In this document: one piece after another, positions 20,731 to 30,005 of the stretch
Layout of the letters: the number at the start of each line of letters is the position of its first letter
Position numbering within the stretch: the stretch's first letter is position 1
Assembly (NCBI GenBank): GCA_963842855.1
Contig: CAWJHW010000004.1
Location: 72,684-136,683, forward strand
Length of the DNA: 64,000 bases
Direction of reading: 5' to 3'
DNA from: an uncultured Methylomirabilota bacterium
GTDB taxonomy: Bacteria > Methylomirabilota > Methylomirabilia > Methylomirabilales > 2-02-FULL-66-22
The notes under the pieces: model-generated
Told to the model about the DNA's origin: nothing
Database searches by the model: none
What the model saw: only the letters and a program-made list of their open reading frames with translations
Position numbers and translations under genes: made by a program

Positions 20731-22182
20731 ATGACAGTGCCGATCGAGCGCGTTGACGAGTATCGCTGGCGGATCCCACCCGAGGCCAAGCCGGGGATGC
20801 GCGTCCCGGCCATCATCTTCGCCGATGAGAAGCTCATGGAGCAGGTCCGTCACGACCTGTCGCTGGAGCAAGCCGCCAACTCGGCGATGCTCCCGGGCAT
20901 CGTCAAAGCGGCCTATGCCATGCCCGACATCCACCAGGGGTACGGCCTCCCCATCGGGGCCGTGGTGGCGACCGATCCCGAGCAGGGGGGGGTGATCACG
21001 CCGGGAGGCGTGGGCTACGACATCAACTGCGGTGTACGCCTCCTCCGGACGGAGCTCACGAAGACGGAGGTCCTGCTGCGGCTCAAAGAGTTGGTGAACC
21101 TGCTCTTTGCTGAGGTCCCGACCGGGGTGGGATCGCACGGCAAGGTCCGCCTCACCCGCGAGAATCAGACGCAGCCGCTCACGGACGGCGCCCGCTGGGC
21201 GGTGTCGCAGGGGATGGGCGAGCCGGAGGACTTGACGCATACGGAGGCATCCGGGTGCATTCCCGGGGCGGATCCGGACGCGGTGAGCCACAAGGCTCAC
21301 GAGCGGGGGCGCGACCAACTGGGAACACTGGGCTCGGGAAATCATTTCCTCGAAGTCCAAACGGTGGAGCGGATCTACGACGAGCAAGTAGCAAACGTCC
21401 TGGGCCTCTTCCCAGGGCAGGTGACAGTGCTCCTGCACACGGGCTCGCGCGGCTTTGGCCACCAAGTCTGCACCGACCACCTTGCCGTCATGGAGCGAGC
21501 CGTGAAGAAGTACGGCATCCAGCTTCCCGACCGGCAGCTCGCCTGCACCCCGGTCAATTCCGGGGAGGCCAAGGCGTATCTCGGCGCCATGCGGGCCGCC
21601 GCCAACTACGCCTGGGCCAACCGGCAGTGCCTCACCCATTGGACCCGGGAGGTCTTTCAGCGGATCTTCAAAAAGTCGCCCCGGGACCTGGGGATGTCGG
21701 TCGTGTACGATGTCGCTCATAACATCGCCAAGGTCGAGGAGCACGAGGTGGACGGCAGGAAGATGCAGCTCGTCGTGCATCGGAAGGGGGCCACGCGGGC
21801 GTTTCCGCCCGGGCATCCCGAGCTGCCCGAGCGGTATCGGAGCATCGGTCAGCCGGTTCTGGTCCCTGGCGACATGGGACGCGCCTCGTTTGTCCTCGTC
21901 GGGACTCAGGGGGCCATGCGGGAGACCTTTGGCAGCACCTGTCATGGGGCCGGACGGCTCCTGAGCCGGGCGGCGGCCGTGCGGGCCGCGAAGGGGCGGT
22001 CCATCGAGCGGGAACTGGAGGACAAACACGGGGTGTACGTCCGCGCCACCGGCCGTGATGCGGTGAAGGAGGAGATGCCGGAGGCGTACAAGGACGTGGA
22101 GGACGTGGTGAGGGTCTGTCACAACGCCGGCATCTCCAAGATGGTGGCGAAGCTCAAGCCACTCGGGTGTATCAAAGGCTAA
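20731..22182 (+). CDS. rtcB: RNA-splicing ligase RtcB
   Basis: 483 aa. MPDIHQGYGLPIG, GSGNHFLEVQ and HTGSRGFGHQV are hallmark RtcB metal and GMP-His motifs. Confidence 0.9.
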   Translation: MTVPIERVDEYRWRIPPEAKPGMRVPAIIFADEKLMEQVRHDLSLEQAANSAMLPGIVKAAYAMPDIHQGYGLPIGAVVATDPEQGGVITPGGVGYDINCGVRLLRTELTKTEVLLRLKELVNLLFAEVPTGVGSHGKVRLTRENQTQPLTDGARWAVSQGMGEPEDLTHTEASGCIPGADPDAVSHKAHERGRDQLGTLGSGNHFLEVQTVERIYDEQVANVLGLFPGQVTVLLHTGSRGFGHQVCTDHLAVMERAVKKYGIQLPDRQLACTPVNSGEAKAYLGAMRAAANYAWANRQCLTHWTREVFQRIFKKSPRDLGMSVVYDVAHNIAKVEEHEVDGRKMQLVVHRKGATRAFPPGHPELPERYRSIGQPVLVPGDMGRASFVLVGTQGAMRETFGSTCHGAGRLLSRAAAVRAAKGRSIERELEDKHGVYVRATGRDAVKEEMPEAYKDVEDVVRVCHNAGISKMVAKLKPLGCIKG

Positions 22183-22225
22183 CGCAATTTCGAATTGCGA
22201 ATTGCGGATTTCGAATTTGCTGGAT
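22183..22225. repeat. intercistronic word-repeat element (TTCGAAT/GCAATT words)
   Basis: CGCAATTTCGAATTGCGAATTGCGGATTTCGAATTTGC immediately after the rtcB stop. The same words recur at 24395-24430. Confidence 0.7.
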
Positions 22226-22230
22226 CGGGA

Positions 22231-23070
22231 ATGAGTTTCACGGTCAAGGACGCGTTTGGACGGGCATTCGAGCTCGCGGAGCCGGCCCGCCGGATCGTCA
22301 GTCTGATTCCCAGCATTACCGAGATCCTCTTCGGCCTCGCGGCGGGCGAGAGGGTGGTGGGCGTCTCAAAGTTCTGCACCGAGCCGCCGGTGGGTGTGGC
22401 CACCAGGACGAAGGTCGGTGGGCAGAAGGATCCCCGGGTAGATGCGATCGTTGCCCTGAGGCCCGACCTGGTCATCGCGAACGTTGAGGAGAATCGCGAA
22501 TCCGATGTGGAGGCGATGTGGGCCGCAGGGCTCAGGGTTCTGGTGACGTCCCCTCGCACGGTGAAGGAAGGGATCCGGCTCATCCGGGATCTGGGTCTTC
22601 TTACGGGGACACGCGGCCGCGCAGAGGAGATCGCAATTGCATGCGAGGCAGCGCGGCGGGAGGTGGAACGCGTTGTGACCGCGCGGGAGCCGGTCCGTGT
22701 CTTTTGCCCGATCTGGCGCAAGCCCTACATGACGGTGAGCCGCGACACCTACGTGCATGACGTCATCCGAACCGGCGGGGGTGAGAACATCTTTCGCGAT
22801 CGGCCAGAGAGATACCCTAAGGTCACGTTGGCGGAGATGGCAAGCCTAAGGCCGGACGTGATTCTCCTGCCGGATGAGCCCTTTCCCTTCGGAGAGAAAC
22901 ACCTGGAGGAGTTCCGTGCCTTCCCCGATGTCCCGGCGGTAAGCGCCGGTCGCCTCCGTCTGGTGGATGGCAAGCTACTCTCGTGGTACGGTCCGCGAAT
23001 CGCCGAGAGCCTTCGGGCACTCTCGGGCCTCCTGCAACCAGGCTGCGGGGCATTGCAAGGGTCGCCATGA
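22231..23070 (+). CDS. BtuF/FhuD-type (class III) binding-protein-like protein, cobalamin/iron-complex family
   Basis: RIVSLIPSITEILFGLAAGERVVGVS and LRPDLVIAN motifs of TroA/BtuF-like proteins. Start taken at ATG 22231. No obvious signal peptide. Confidence 0.65.
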   Translation: MSFTVKDAFGRAFELAEPARRIVSLIPSITEILFGLAAGERVVGVSKFCTEPPVGVATRTKVGGQKDPRVDAIVALRPDLVIANVEENRESDVEAMWAAGLRVLVTSPRTVKEGIRLIRDLGLLTGTRGRAEEIAIACEAARREVERVVTAREPVRVFCPIWRKPYMTVSRDTYVHDVIRTGGGENIFRDRPERYPKVTLAEMASLRPDVILLPDEPFPFGEKHLEEFRAFPDVPAVSAGRLRLVDGKLLSWYGPRIAESLRALSGLLQPGCGALQGSP

Positions 23071-23609
23071 GCAGAATCTACCGGATTCACGACGGTCGGA
23101 CCGTTCGGGAGCGGCAGTGCGCCCTGCCGAGGGGCACCGTGGTAGAGGCCTGGTTGGATGTCTTCGAGGCGGGGACGGTCTGGGTGAGCCATGCCACCAA
23201 ACGACTGCTGGACGGAGCGGGCCCACCCCTCGCGCCCAGCGCGGCCGTGGAGCGCGCGCGCATCCCCATCTTCTTCCCGGAGGAACCCCGGGATGCGGCC
23301 TCGCTGCCTTCGGAGGACTCCCTCCGGGTCCGCGTCGTGGCGGCCCACGGAATCGCGGTCGCGTGGTACGGCACGACCGGGCAGGCGGGTGGCCGGCCAT
23401 TGCCCGAGCCGACCTCGCCCGAGGACCCTTTCTTCACCCTGATGAAAATGGGCGGCAGCGCCAATCACGCCTGGCGGCTCTTCCGCACCCGGGACGAGGC
23501 GGTCGAGTTCATGGCGCGTCACTTTCCCGGTGAGGCCAAAGCCAGGGCCTGGGCCGACGCCTTGCCAACCGCGAGATACTCCGACCTCCTCTCTCGTGAG
23601 AGCAAATAA
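23067..23609 (+). CDS. hypothetical protein
   Basis: 180-aa ORF with an ATGA overlap with the upstream gene. No family motif recognised. Confidence 0.5.
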   Translation: MSRIYRIHDGRTVRERQCALPRGTVVEAWLDVFEAGTVWVSHATKRLLDGAGPPLAPSAAVERARIPIFFPEEPRDAASLPSEDSLRVRVVAAHGIAVAWYGTTGQAGGRPLPEPTSPEDPFFTLMKMGGSANHAWRLFRTRDEAVEFMARHFPGEAKARAWADALPTARYSDLLSRESK

Positions 23610-23711
23610 GCCCCCAGAACACGCTCCCTACCGGACAGGGATGTGCCTTCGATTCCCCACGATCCGGGGAACCCTGGCGCGGTCCGCGTCCTTGGCGACG
23701 AAGTATGTCGG

Positions 23712-23939
23712 CTACGCGCCGGGGCCGGCTTCCCCTTCCACGGGCGCTTCCGTTGGTGGCGGGGTCGGGGGAGCGGCGGGCGGTGCGGCCCCGGCCGGGG
23801 CCTCGGACCGGCGCTTGGCCTTGGGGCGACTCGCCTCCGCTGCCGCGGGATTGCCCGCCTTGGCGGCCTTCCGACGGGTCTTCAGGCGCTCCTTCCGACG
23901 CCGGCGGCGCCGGCCCAACTCTCGTTCTCGCTCTCGCAC
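23712..23939 (-). CDS. possible small basic, Pro/Ala-rich disordered protein
   Basis: 75-aa ORF directly downstream of the pseudopilin genes with GC-rich third positions. Low-complexity sequence, so it could be spurious. Confidence 0.25.
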   Translation of the reverse strand: MRERERELGRRRRRRKERLKTRRKAAKAGNPAAAEASRPKAKRRSEAPAGAAPPAAPPTPPPTEAPVEGEAGPGA

Positions 23940-23954
23940 GAAGAGCCTCCTTTC

Positions 23955-24458
23955 TCACCAATCGCGATAGCTGTCCTGCTTCTTGCCTACTTGGCTTACA
24001 AGGACCTTCAGGGGCTTCCCCGGGGCCTGGCTGTGCACGTCCTGAATGCCGCTCACGATCCCGCTGCGGTCCACGACGAGATCCAGCTTCCAGTCGGCCT
24101 TGCCGGTGAACGGGTCGGGGTAAATGCGTCGGAGATAGCGGCGCATCTGGAGCTGGGTTCGGTCTTCCAAGAGGTCCTTCAATTTCTTGGGCAACTGGTT
24201 GTGATCGGCCCGGTAGCCGATGATGGCGCGCCGGAACTCGCCCAGCCGGAAGAGAAGCTCGTCTTCCTTCTCGCGCTTGACCTGCGTGCTCCACAGCTCT
24301 GCCACGCCGGCCGTGGCCACACCGATCACCAGGATGCCGATCAGGAGGATGGGGTAGATGACCCCACGGGGGGACGCCCGGCCCCAGCCGGCCCGATTTC
24401 GAATTTCGCAATTCGAATTTCGAAATTGCCGTTTACCAATCACTGTAGCGCGTTCCAT
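23955..24458 (-). CDS. divergent pseudopilin paralogue (no Glu+5)
   Basis: LRRIYPDPFTGKADW and C-terminal SYRDW align with the two upstream pseudopilins. The hydrophobic N-helix reads G|VIYPILLIGILVIG, with Pro in place of the conserved Glu. The N-terminal 30 codons are translated word-repeat DNA. Confidence 0.5.
   Translation of the reverse strand: MERATVIGKRQFRNSNCEIRNRAGWGRASPRGVIYPILLIGILVIGVATAGVAELWSTQVKREKEDELLFRLGEFRRAIIGYRADHNQLPKKLKDLLEDRTQLQMRRYLRRIYPDPFTGKADWKLDLVVDRSGIVSGIQDVHSQAPGKPLKVLVSQVGKKQDSYRDW
24389..24432. repeat. word-repeat element (TTCGAAT/GCAATT words)
   Basis: GATTTCGAATTTCGCAATTCGAATTTCGAAATTGCC. It overlaps the 5' end of ORF 23955..24458. Confidence 0.7.
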
Positions 24459-24909
24459 CCAGGGCGATCGCGTCGGAGCCGCTCCGGACGTCGAAGATGC
24501 CGCCTTGCTGGCCCTGATCGTCCGTGAGGGAGACCAGGGCCCAGGTCTCGGCAGACCCGGTGACGGGGTCCTTGGGGATGCGGCGGATGTACTGCTTGTC
24601 GACCAGGTCGTTCAGCGCCAGGGGGTACTTGCCGTTGTCGGCATAGTACTGGTCGATCACGTCTCGAAGGATAAACAGGTCTTCCTTCAGGGTGGCCTCC
24701 TTGGCGGCCGTGACGGCCCGCTGGTAGTACGGCTGCGCCAGGGTGACCAGGATCCCGATGATGCTGATGACGATCAGCAGTTCGATCAGGGTGAAGCCGC
24801 CGAGCGCCGAGCGCCGAGGGCCGAGTGTCGAACGTCGGACGTCGAGCGTCAGACGGCGGGTGCTGCCGGCTGCCCGCTGCCGGCTGCCCGCTGTCTTACC
24901 AGGTCTCAT
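24433..24909 (-). CDS. GspG-type pseudopilin
   Basis: G|FTLIELLIVISIIGILVTLAQP prepilin motif. IRRIPKDPVTG and C-terminal DGTRYSDW. The only in-frame ATG (24909) gives a leader of about 37 aa encoded by repeat DNA, so the true start is uncertain. Confidence 0.7.
   Translation of the reverse strand: MRPGKTAGSRQRAAGSTRRLTLDVRRSTLGPRRSALGGFTLIELLIVISIIGILVTLAQPYYQRAVTAAKEATLKEDLFILRDVIDQYYADNGKYPLALNDLVDKQYIRRIPKDPVTGSAETWALVSLTDDQGQQGGIFDVRSGSDAIALDGTRYSDW
24793..24895. repeat. word-repeat element (GCCGAGC, GTCGAMCGTC and GCTGCCSGCTGCCCGCTG blocks)
   Basis: Three blocks of tandem short words lie between two pseudopilin genes, inside the putative leader-coding region. Confidence 0.7.
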
Positions 24910-25366
24910 ACGTCGTCCCGTCCAGGGCCACCGCCTTGCTGGCACTCCGAACATCGTAGACGTCCTTGCCGTCCGAGAGGCTGGAGTCCGGGTTGTCGGA
25001 GAAGGACCGGGTGACCCACTTCCCATCGGGGGTCATGGGATCGCGAGGGATCCGTCGAAGGATCTTGGTCTCCACCATTTCGTCCAGGGTCAGCGGGTAG
25101 CCGGTCCGGTCGGCCGAGACCTTCTTCTTGAGGGCCTCCCGGGCGTCCACGGCGTTCACCCTGGCCTTGTCGTACTCCGCCTTGAAGAAGTCGATGCCCT
25201 CGCGCAACTGCCGGAGGTTCCGGCGCAGCTCCAGCTCGCGCGTCCGGGCGACGGACACCTGGACCAGGGGCATAGCCACTGCCGCCAAGACGCCCAGGAC
25301 GGCGATGGAAACCAGGAGCTCGATGAACGTCAGACCCCGCGGGCCCCGAGACGGGAATCGGGTCAT
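24896..25366 (-). CDS. GspG-type pseudopilin
   Basis: MTRFPSRGPRG|LTFIELLVSIAVLGVLAAVAMP prepilin motif with Glu+5. LRRIPRDPMTPDGKW and C-terminal DGTTYETW. Confidence 0.7.
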   Translation of the reverse strand: MTRFPSRGPRGLTFIELLVSIAVLGVLAAVAMPLVQVSVARTRELELRRNLRQLREGIDFFKAEYDKARVNAVDAREALKKKVSADRTGYPLTLDEMVETKILRRIPRDPMTPDGKWVTRSFSDNPDSSLSDGKDVYDVRSASKAVALDGTTYETW

Positions 25367-27321
25367 GGTTGGACACCGCCGGGTGGCGCGCCGCCCGGGG
25401 ACCCGCCGGGCGGACCGGATGGCCGCGCGGGAGGTGCGCTTGGTGGTGGTGGCGAGGGCGGCGCCGGCGCAACCGGGGGGACAGCCGGCGCCGCGGGTCC
25501 GAAGCTCTCGGCGGTGCCGGACTGGAAGGTCTCCAGCTCAGGCTCCGGCCGCTCCAGGACCTTGACGATCCGGGCGGTGATGGAAATCAGGACATCGGTT
25601 CGGGTCCACTCCTGACTCGGGTTGACGAACAGCCGGCCGAGCCCGGGGATATCGCTCAGGAAGGGGATGGGACTGTTGGCCAGGGAGTGCGTGGTCTGCA
25701 GGAGCCCACCCAGGAGGCGGGTCTCACCGTTCTTGACCTTGATGAAGGTGTCCAGGTCCCGCGTCTCTATAGGAGGGAGAAGCTGGCCCCCGGTCACCCC
25801 GGCGATGGCCGCCCCGACGCTGCTGATCTCGAAGCTCAGCTCGACCGTGACCTCGCCGTCGAGGTGAATGGTCGGGGTCAGGGTCACCTTGAGGCCGATG
25901 TCCCGGTACTCCACATTCGTCTGCGTGGTCGTCACCGCCCCGGTGGGAGTCGTGGTGGCCGTGCCCGCGATGGCGGGAACGCTGGTGAGCGAGGAGATCT
26001 GGAATGGGCGCCGCTCCCCGATCAAGAGCCGCGCCTTCTGGCGATCCAGGATGCGGACGGTGGGGTTGGCCAGAGTCTTGGTGCTGCTATCGTTCTTGAC
26101 CAAGTTCAGAACCAGGGAGGGACCGGTGAAGCTCAGCGTGCTGCCTTGATAAATACTGCTCAGTATGCTCCCCGTTAAGGGGAGGCTCGCCGGGGGGGCC
26201 AGGGTCACAGAGAGGGTTCGGGGCTGGATATCAATGCCAAGGTTCTCCAGGCGGTCGAGATCCACTTCCAAAACCTCCAGATCGATCTCCACCTCACCCA
26301 CCCCTCGGTCGTTGGCTGCCAGAAGCTTCCGGACCAGCTCGACCTTGTCTGGCGTGTCCCGCACGACCAGGGCGTTGAGCTTCTCGTTCACGAAGACCTG
26401 GCGGGTGTTGAGAATAGTGCGCACGAGGTTCACGGCCACCTTGGCGTCGGCGTCACTCAGATAGAACGTCTGGACCACGAGGTCGTCGTACTGCTGGCGC
26501 TTGCCGGGATTGTCGGGCACCACGATCACTGTGTTGGGGGCGACCCGCTTCGCGAAGAGCCGGTTGGAGACCAGGATGAGGTTGAAGGCCTCCCGTAAGG
26601 GGAGGTCCTTGAAGTAGGTCGTGATCCGCTTGGCCGGTAGCGACTCGTCGGTGGAGATGTTGACCCCGGCGGTGCGGGCGAAGACCTCCAACGCCTCTTT
26701 GATGTCCGTGTCGCGGAACCGGAGCGTCACCGGCTGGGTGGAGAACATCTGCGCGGCAGCCTGTTCCTCTTCGGCCTCCGCCTTGGGTGGGGTCTCGGCC
26801 TTCAGGTTCAGCGCGATCTCCTTCTGCAGTTCCTTGGCGCGGGGATGGTCGGGATCCAGCCGCAGCGCCGCGGCCACTTCGATCTGGGCGGCCCGCCACT
26901 CCCCCTTCTTCATCCGTTCCTGCGCCCGGGCAAGGCGCTCGTCAACCTGCCGGAGAACTGTGATCCGGACCAGCCCGGCCTGGGCCGCCGTGTTCTCGGA
27001 GTTGTAGTTCAGGGCGCGACGGTAGGCCGCGGCGGCCTCATCCACACGATTGTCCTTCACCAGTTCTTGGGCCTGCCGAACCAACTGCTCTGACGCCTCC
27101 TGCATGGCACGGGCGAGGGCCAGGCGAATCTCCACGTTCCGGGGATCCCGGCTGGCCGCGTCCAGGTAGAACTTGACCGCTTCCTCCCAGCGCCCGGCCG
27201 TGCTCAGCTCCTCCCCGCGCTGGAGAGATACTTCCGCCGCACAGCCCAGCAGCGAGCCGCCCAGAACGAGGATCAGGCCCAGGCAGCCGACCCGACCGGC
27301 GCGCGATATGCTCATGGCCAT
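25363..27321 (-). CDS. secretin (GspD/PilQ family) with a lipobox, an N-terminal TPR region and a Pro-rich C-terminal tail
   Basis: LLGC lipobox. TPR-like repeats in residues about 30-170. Secretin core (LANPTVRILDRQKARLLIGE, IPFLSDIPGLGRLF). The tail reads PAVPPVAPAPPSPPPPSAPPARPSGPPGG. Confidence 0.85.
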   Translation of the reverse strand: MAMSISRAGRVGCLGLILVLGGSLLGCAAEVSLQRGEELSTAGRWEEAVKFYLDAASRDPRNVEIRLALARAMQEASEQLVRQAQELVKDNRVDEAAAAYRRALNYNSENTAAQAGLVRITVLRQVDERLARAQERMKKGEWRAAQIEVAAALRLDPDHPRAKELQKEIALNLKAETPPKAEAEEEQAAAQMFSTQPVTLRFRDTDIKEALEVFARTAGVNISTDESLPAKRITTYFKDLPLREAFNLILVSNRLFAKRVAPNTVIVVPDNPGKRQQYDDLVVQTFYLSDADAKVAVNLVRTILNTRQVFVNEKLNALVVRDTPDKVELVRKLLAANDRGVGEVEIDLEVLEVDLDRLENLGIDIQPRTLSVTLAPPASLPLTGSILSSIYQGSTLSFTGPSLVLNLVKNDSSTKTLANPTVRILDRQKARLLIGERRPFQISSLTSVPAIAGTATTTPTGAVTTTQTNVEYRDIGLKVTLTPTIHLDGEVTVELSFEISSVGAAIAGVTGGQLLPPIETRDLDTFIKVKNGETRLLGGLLQTTHSLANSPIPFLSDIPGLGRLFVNPSQEWTRTDVLISITARIVKVLERPEPELETFQSGTAESFGPAAPAVPPVAPAPPSPPPPSAPPARPSGPPGGSPGGAPPGGVQP

Positions 27322-27346
27322 GGGTGACCTTCCTCCGTTCCGTGCC

Positions 27347-27910
27347 TCAGCGCTTGGGACCGGACGCCGCTTCCTCCACGAGGGGGAGGCGCACTTGCTT
27401 GTCGCCGGAGACGGACGACAGCAGAACGGCGTCCTCCGTGACCGCCTGGACGCGGAAACGCTCCAGAAACGTGGATCCCACCTCGACCGTGAAGATCTCG
27501 GGCCCCCGGGTGATGAAGGCCATCGCCTTGTCCCCGTCCTCCACGAACCCCACGAAGCGCAGCCGCTTGGACTCTTCCTGGAAAGGATCCGGCGGTGGCG
27601 GTTGGGGCGCTGCCGCTGCCGCTGCCGCGATCTGCTGCGGCGAGGGGGGAGGCGGCGGCGGCGTCCCGAAGAGGTTGTGCGCCTCCGGAGGGTAGGCCGG
27701 ATGCGGCAGGACCAGCAATTCCTTTTTCAGGCGGGGAAGCCCTCCGCCTTGGGCCGGTGGCGTCCGCAGGCTGGTGCCCACGCTCGCCCGAGGCTGCGAC
27801 TTGACCGGGCCCCCCCAGGGAGAGCGGAAGGCGAAAATCAGGCCCCAGATGCCGAAAAGGGTCAGCAGGATGAGGAGGTTCCGTTTTCGCGAGTCCATCC
27901 GCGCGCGCAC
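27347..27910 (-). CDS. PilP/GspC-HR-like inner-membrane-anchored protein
   Basis: N-terminal TM, a Pro-rich linker and a C-terminal beta-rich domain (LRFVGFVEDGDKAMAFI...VTEDAVLL), as in PilP. It lies between the PilO-like gene and the secretin. Confidence 0.5.
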   Translation of the reverse strand: MRARMDSRKRNLLILLTLFGIWGLIFAFRSPWGGPVKSQPRASVGTSLRTPPAQGGGLPRLKKELLVLPHPAYPPEAHNLFGTPPPPPPSPQQIAAAAAAAPQPPPPDPFQEESKRLRFVGFVEDGDKAMAFITRGPEIFTVEVGSTFLERFRVQAVTEDAVLLSSVSGDKQVRLPLVEEAASGPKR

Positions 27911-27918
27911 CTTCCGAT

Positions 27919-27948
27919 TCCCTGTCCCTGTCGCTATCGCTGTCGGCT
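27919..27948. repeat. short intercistronic word-repeat (CCCTGT/CGCTRT)
   Basis: CCCTGTCCCTGTCGCTATCGCTGTCGGC lies in the spacer between the PilO-like and PilP-like genes. Confidence 0.5.
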
Positions 27949-27987
27949 TTCGCCCATCCGTCCGTGCTCCGGCTCGTGCCGCGTCCC

Positions 27988-28512
27988 CTACCTGACATAG
28001 ACGGAGAGCTGCAATCGAACCTGCAGCTCCGAGGTGCCCCTGGGATCCGTGAGCGTCATCCGCTCGATCACCAGGTGACGGTGCATCGCCTCCAGCTCGT
28101 AGAGGTAGCGGCGGATCTTGCCGTAGGTGCCCTCCACGGCCATGCTGATCGTGACTTTCGTCAGACCGGCTTCTTTGACCTCGGACGGCGAATAATCCAC
28201 CGTCGGGATGTTCACGGCAACCGATCGCCCCAGCTTGGTGAGCCGGCCGATGAGCCCCACCAGGTCCGCCCGCGGGGGAAACCCCTGGGCGAATTCCTCC
28301 ACCTCTCGGAAGGCGACCAGCACGACGTCGCTGGACTCCCCCTCCCGCTGCAGGCTTCGGATGCGCCGCTGGAGATCCAGGAGTTGTTGTTCCTGCCCGA
28401 GGCGCTGGTCGCGAGCCGCCAGGAGCAGGAAGACCAGGGCCAGGCCGTTGGCCACCAAGAGGACCATGGCCACCAGCCAGAGCCGCTGCGCCCGGGGGTC
28501 GAGGGATCTCAT
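27988..28512 (-). CDS. PilO/GspM-like bitopic protein
   Basis: 175 aa from ATG 28512 with TM, coiled-coil and ferredoxin-like C-terminal architecture. Overlaps the PilN-like stop. Confidence 0.55.
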   Translation of the reverse strand: MRSLDPRAQRLWLVAMVLLVANGLALVFLLLAARDQRLGQEQQLLDLQRRIRSLQREGESSDVVLVAFREVEEFAQGFPPRADLVGLIGRLTKLGRSVAVNIPTVDYSPSEVKEAGLTKVTISMAVEGTYGKIRRYLYELEAMHRHLVIERMTLTDPRGTSELQVRLQLSVYVR

Positions 28513-29081
28513 TTTCCGCCGACCCGATAGATCAGGCTCAGGCTGAACTCCAGTCCTTCGGGCCTCCCCACCTGATTCTGTAGTTCCGTCTGGTGGAGCA
28601 GGAAGACATCCCGGAAGGCGGGACGCTCCTCCAGGCCGCGGAGCAACAGGCTGAGATCCTCGAAGGAAGACGCCACCCCGCGCAGGGACACCCGGCCGGT
28701 CGCCAGATCCGGAGAGATCTCTTTGAGGAAGACGGAGGGCGGCACGGATCGCTCCAGCTCCACCAGGAGGCCGATCCACGAGAAGGCCGAGGCTTCCAGG
28801 ATCTGGTTGTACGCCTTGACTCTCCCCTGGTACCGCTTCATGGTCTCTTCAGGGACGCTGGCCAGGGCGGTGCGCAGCTCCTCCTGATGGCGCCGGAATT
28901 CCCCCTCCATCCGCGCCAGGCGCAGTGCGATGGCCGCTCGCTCGCCGCGGCCCACGGCCCACATGGCGACCTGCCCCGCCAAGAGGAGGCCGAGCACCGC
29001 AACCGCGCAGGTCCCCAAGATCACATCCCGACGCGCCCGGCGGAAGTTTCCGCTGGCCAGATTGAATCCCGCGATTAACAT
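28509..29081 (-). CDS. PilN-like fimbrial assembly protein
   Basis: 191 aa from ATG 29081 (MLIAGFNLASGNFRRARR, then TM, then coiled coil). ATGTTAA overlap with the PilM-like gene. Confidence 0.6.
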   Translation of the reverse strand: MLIAGFNLASGNFRRARRDVILGTCAVAVLGLLLAGQVAMWAVGRGERAAIALRLARMEGEFRRHQEELRTALASVPEETMKRYQGRVKAYNQILEASAFSWIGLLVELERSVPPSVFLKEISPDLATGRVSLRGVASSFEDLSLLLRGLEERPAFRDVFLLHQTELQNQVGRPEGLEFSLSLIYRVGGK

Positions 29082-29977
29082 GGTCGAATGGCCGCCCCGA
29101 TGGCGGGTCCCCACTGGGCGAGATCGTCCGGATGCCCGTCGGTGCGAAGCGCGGCGCACAGATCCAGGATCGTGACGGGGACCCCCAACCACTCCGCCAG
29201 CGCCGAGGCGACCTCGGCTGTCCACGCACCCAGGCCGGCCAGGGTGACTCCCTCCACGGGCTCCAGCCCCTCGGATTCCCGGCAGAAGATCAGCGAATCC
29301 ACCACCTCGCGGAGGAGGCGTGTCCGGTCGTCGCCCATCCACCCGGGCAGTCCCTCGGGCAGGACCCGCCAGAATCGCGGCCGGCCTTCCTGCACCACGA
29401 GGAGCGTGGTCCAGGTCCTCCCGACGTGGAGCAACCCGGCCGTCCCCCGGGCCAGGGGCGCCGACGCGGCCTGGGCCAAGCTGATGCTCCGGGCGTCCAG
29501 GACGGCGGCGCGAAGGCCCGCGTCTGCCAGGATTCGCTCGTACTCCGCGAGAGTGCGGTCTCGCGCCACCAAGCAGACCGCCCGCGCCCGCCCGTCGGGT
29601 CCCGGGCCCAACGGGAGAAAGTCCAGCCGGGCCTCGTCGGCCGGGAAGGGGAGCAGCTCCCGGGCCTGCCAGCGCAGGAACCGCTGGGCGTCCTCGCGCT
29701 TCCCGGGCAACTCATCGCTGGTCAGGGTTCGCAGGCTGAAGACCGGATCGGGCAAGGCCACCCGCACCCACCCCCGACAGCCGGCGTTCTTGCACAGGTC
29801 GCGCAGCAGCCCGCTCAGGGCGGCGGCGTCGGTCACATTCCCGTCCTTCTGGGAGGGCCGGATGAGCCCGGATGGCACCGCAACCTCCGCCCGCCGGCGA
29901 AGCTGGAGCCGTCCCTGCCGCACCTCGGCGCGGCACACCCGCAGCGTCTCCGATTCGATCTCCAGTCCCCAGGCCAT
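29075..29977 (-). CDS. PilM-like actin-fold assembly protein
   Basis: 300 aa with cytoplasmic FtsA/PilM-like sequence. It sits immediately upstream of the PilN-like gene and downstream of the ATPase. Confidence 0.65.
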   Translation of the reverse strand: MAWGLEIESETLRVCRAEVRQGRLQLRRRAEVAVPSGLIRPSQKDGNVTDAAALSGLLRDLCKNAGCRGWVRVALPDPVFSLRTLTSDELPGKREDAQRFLRWQARELLPFPADEARLDFLPLGPGPDGRARAVCLVARDRTLAEYERILADAGLRAAVLDARSISLAQAASAPLARGTAGLLHVGRTWTTLLVVQEGRPRFWRVLPEGLPGWMGDDRTRLLREVVDSLIFCRESEGLEPVEGVTLAGLGAWTAEVASALAEWLGVPVTILDLCAALRTDGHPDDLAQWGPAIGAAIRPC

Positions 29978-30005
29978 CCTTCGCTCTCGCTCCGCCCTTC
30001 CCGCC

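Noticed and set aside
23643-24527. 294-aa plus-strand ORF, and 23509..24411 (-, 300 aa), across the pseudopilin region.
   Set aside because: They are antisense or out of frame to the pseudopilin paralogue, whose C-terminal motifs align with its two neighbours. Their composition is Arg/Gly/Pro-rich.
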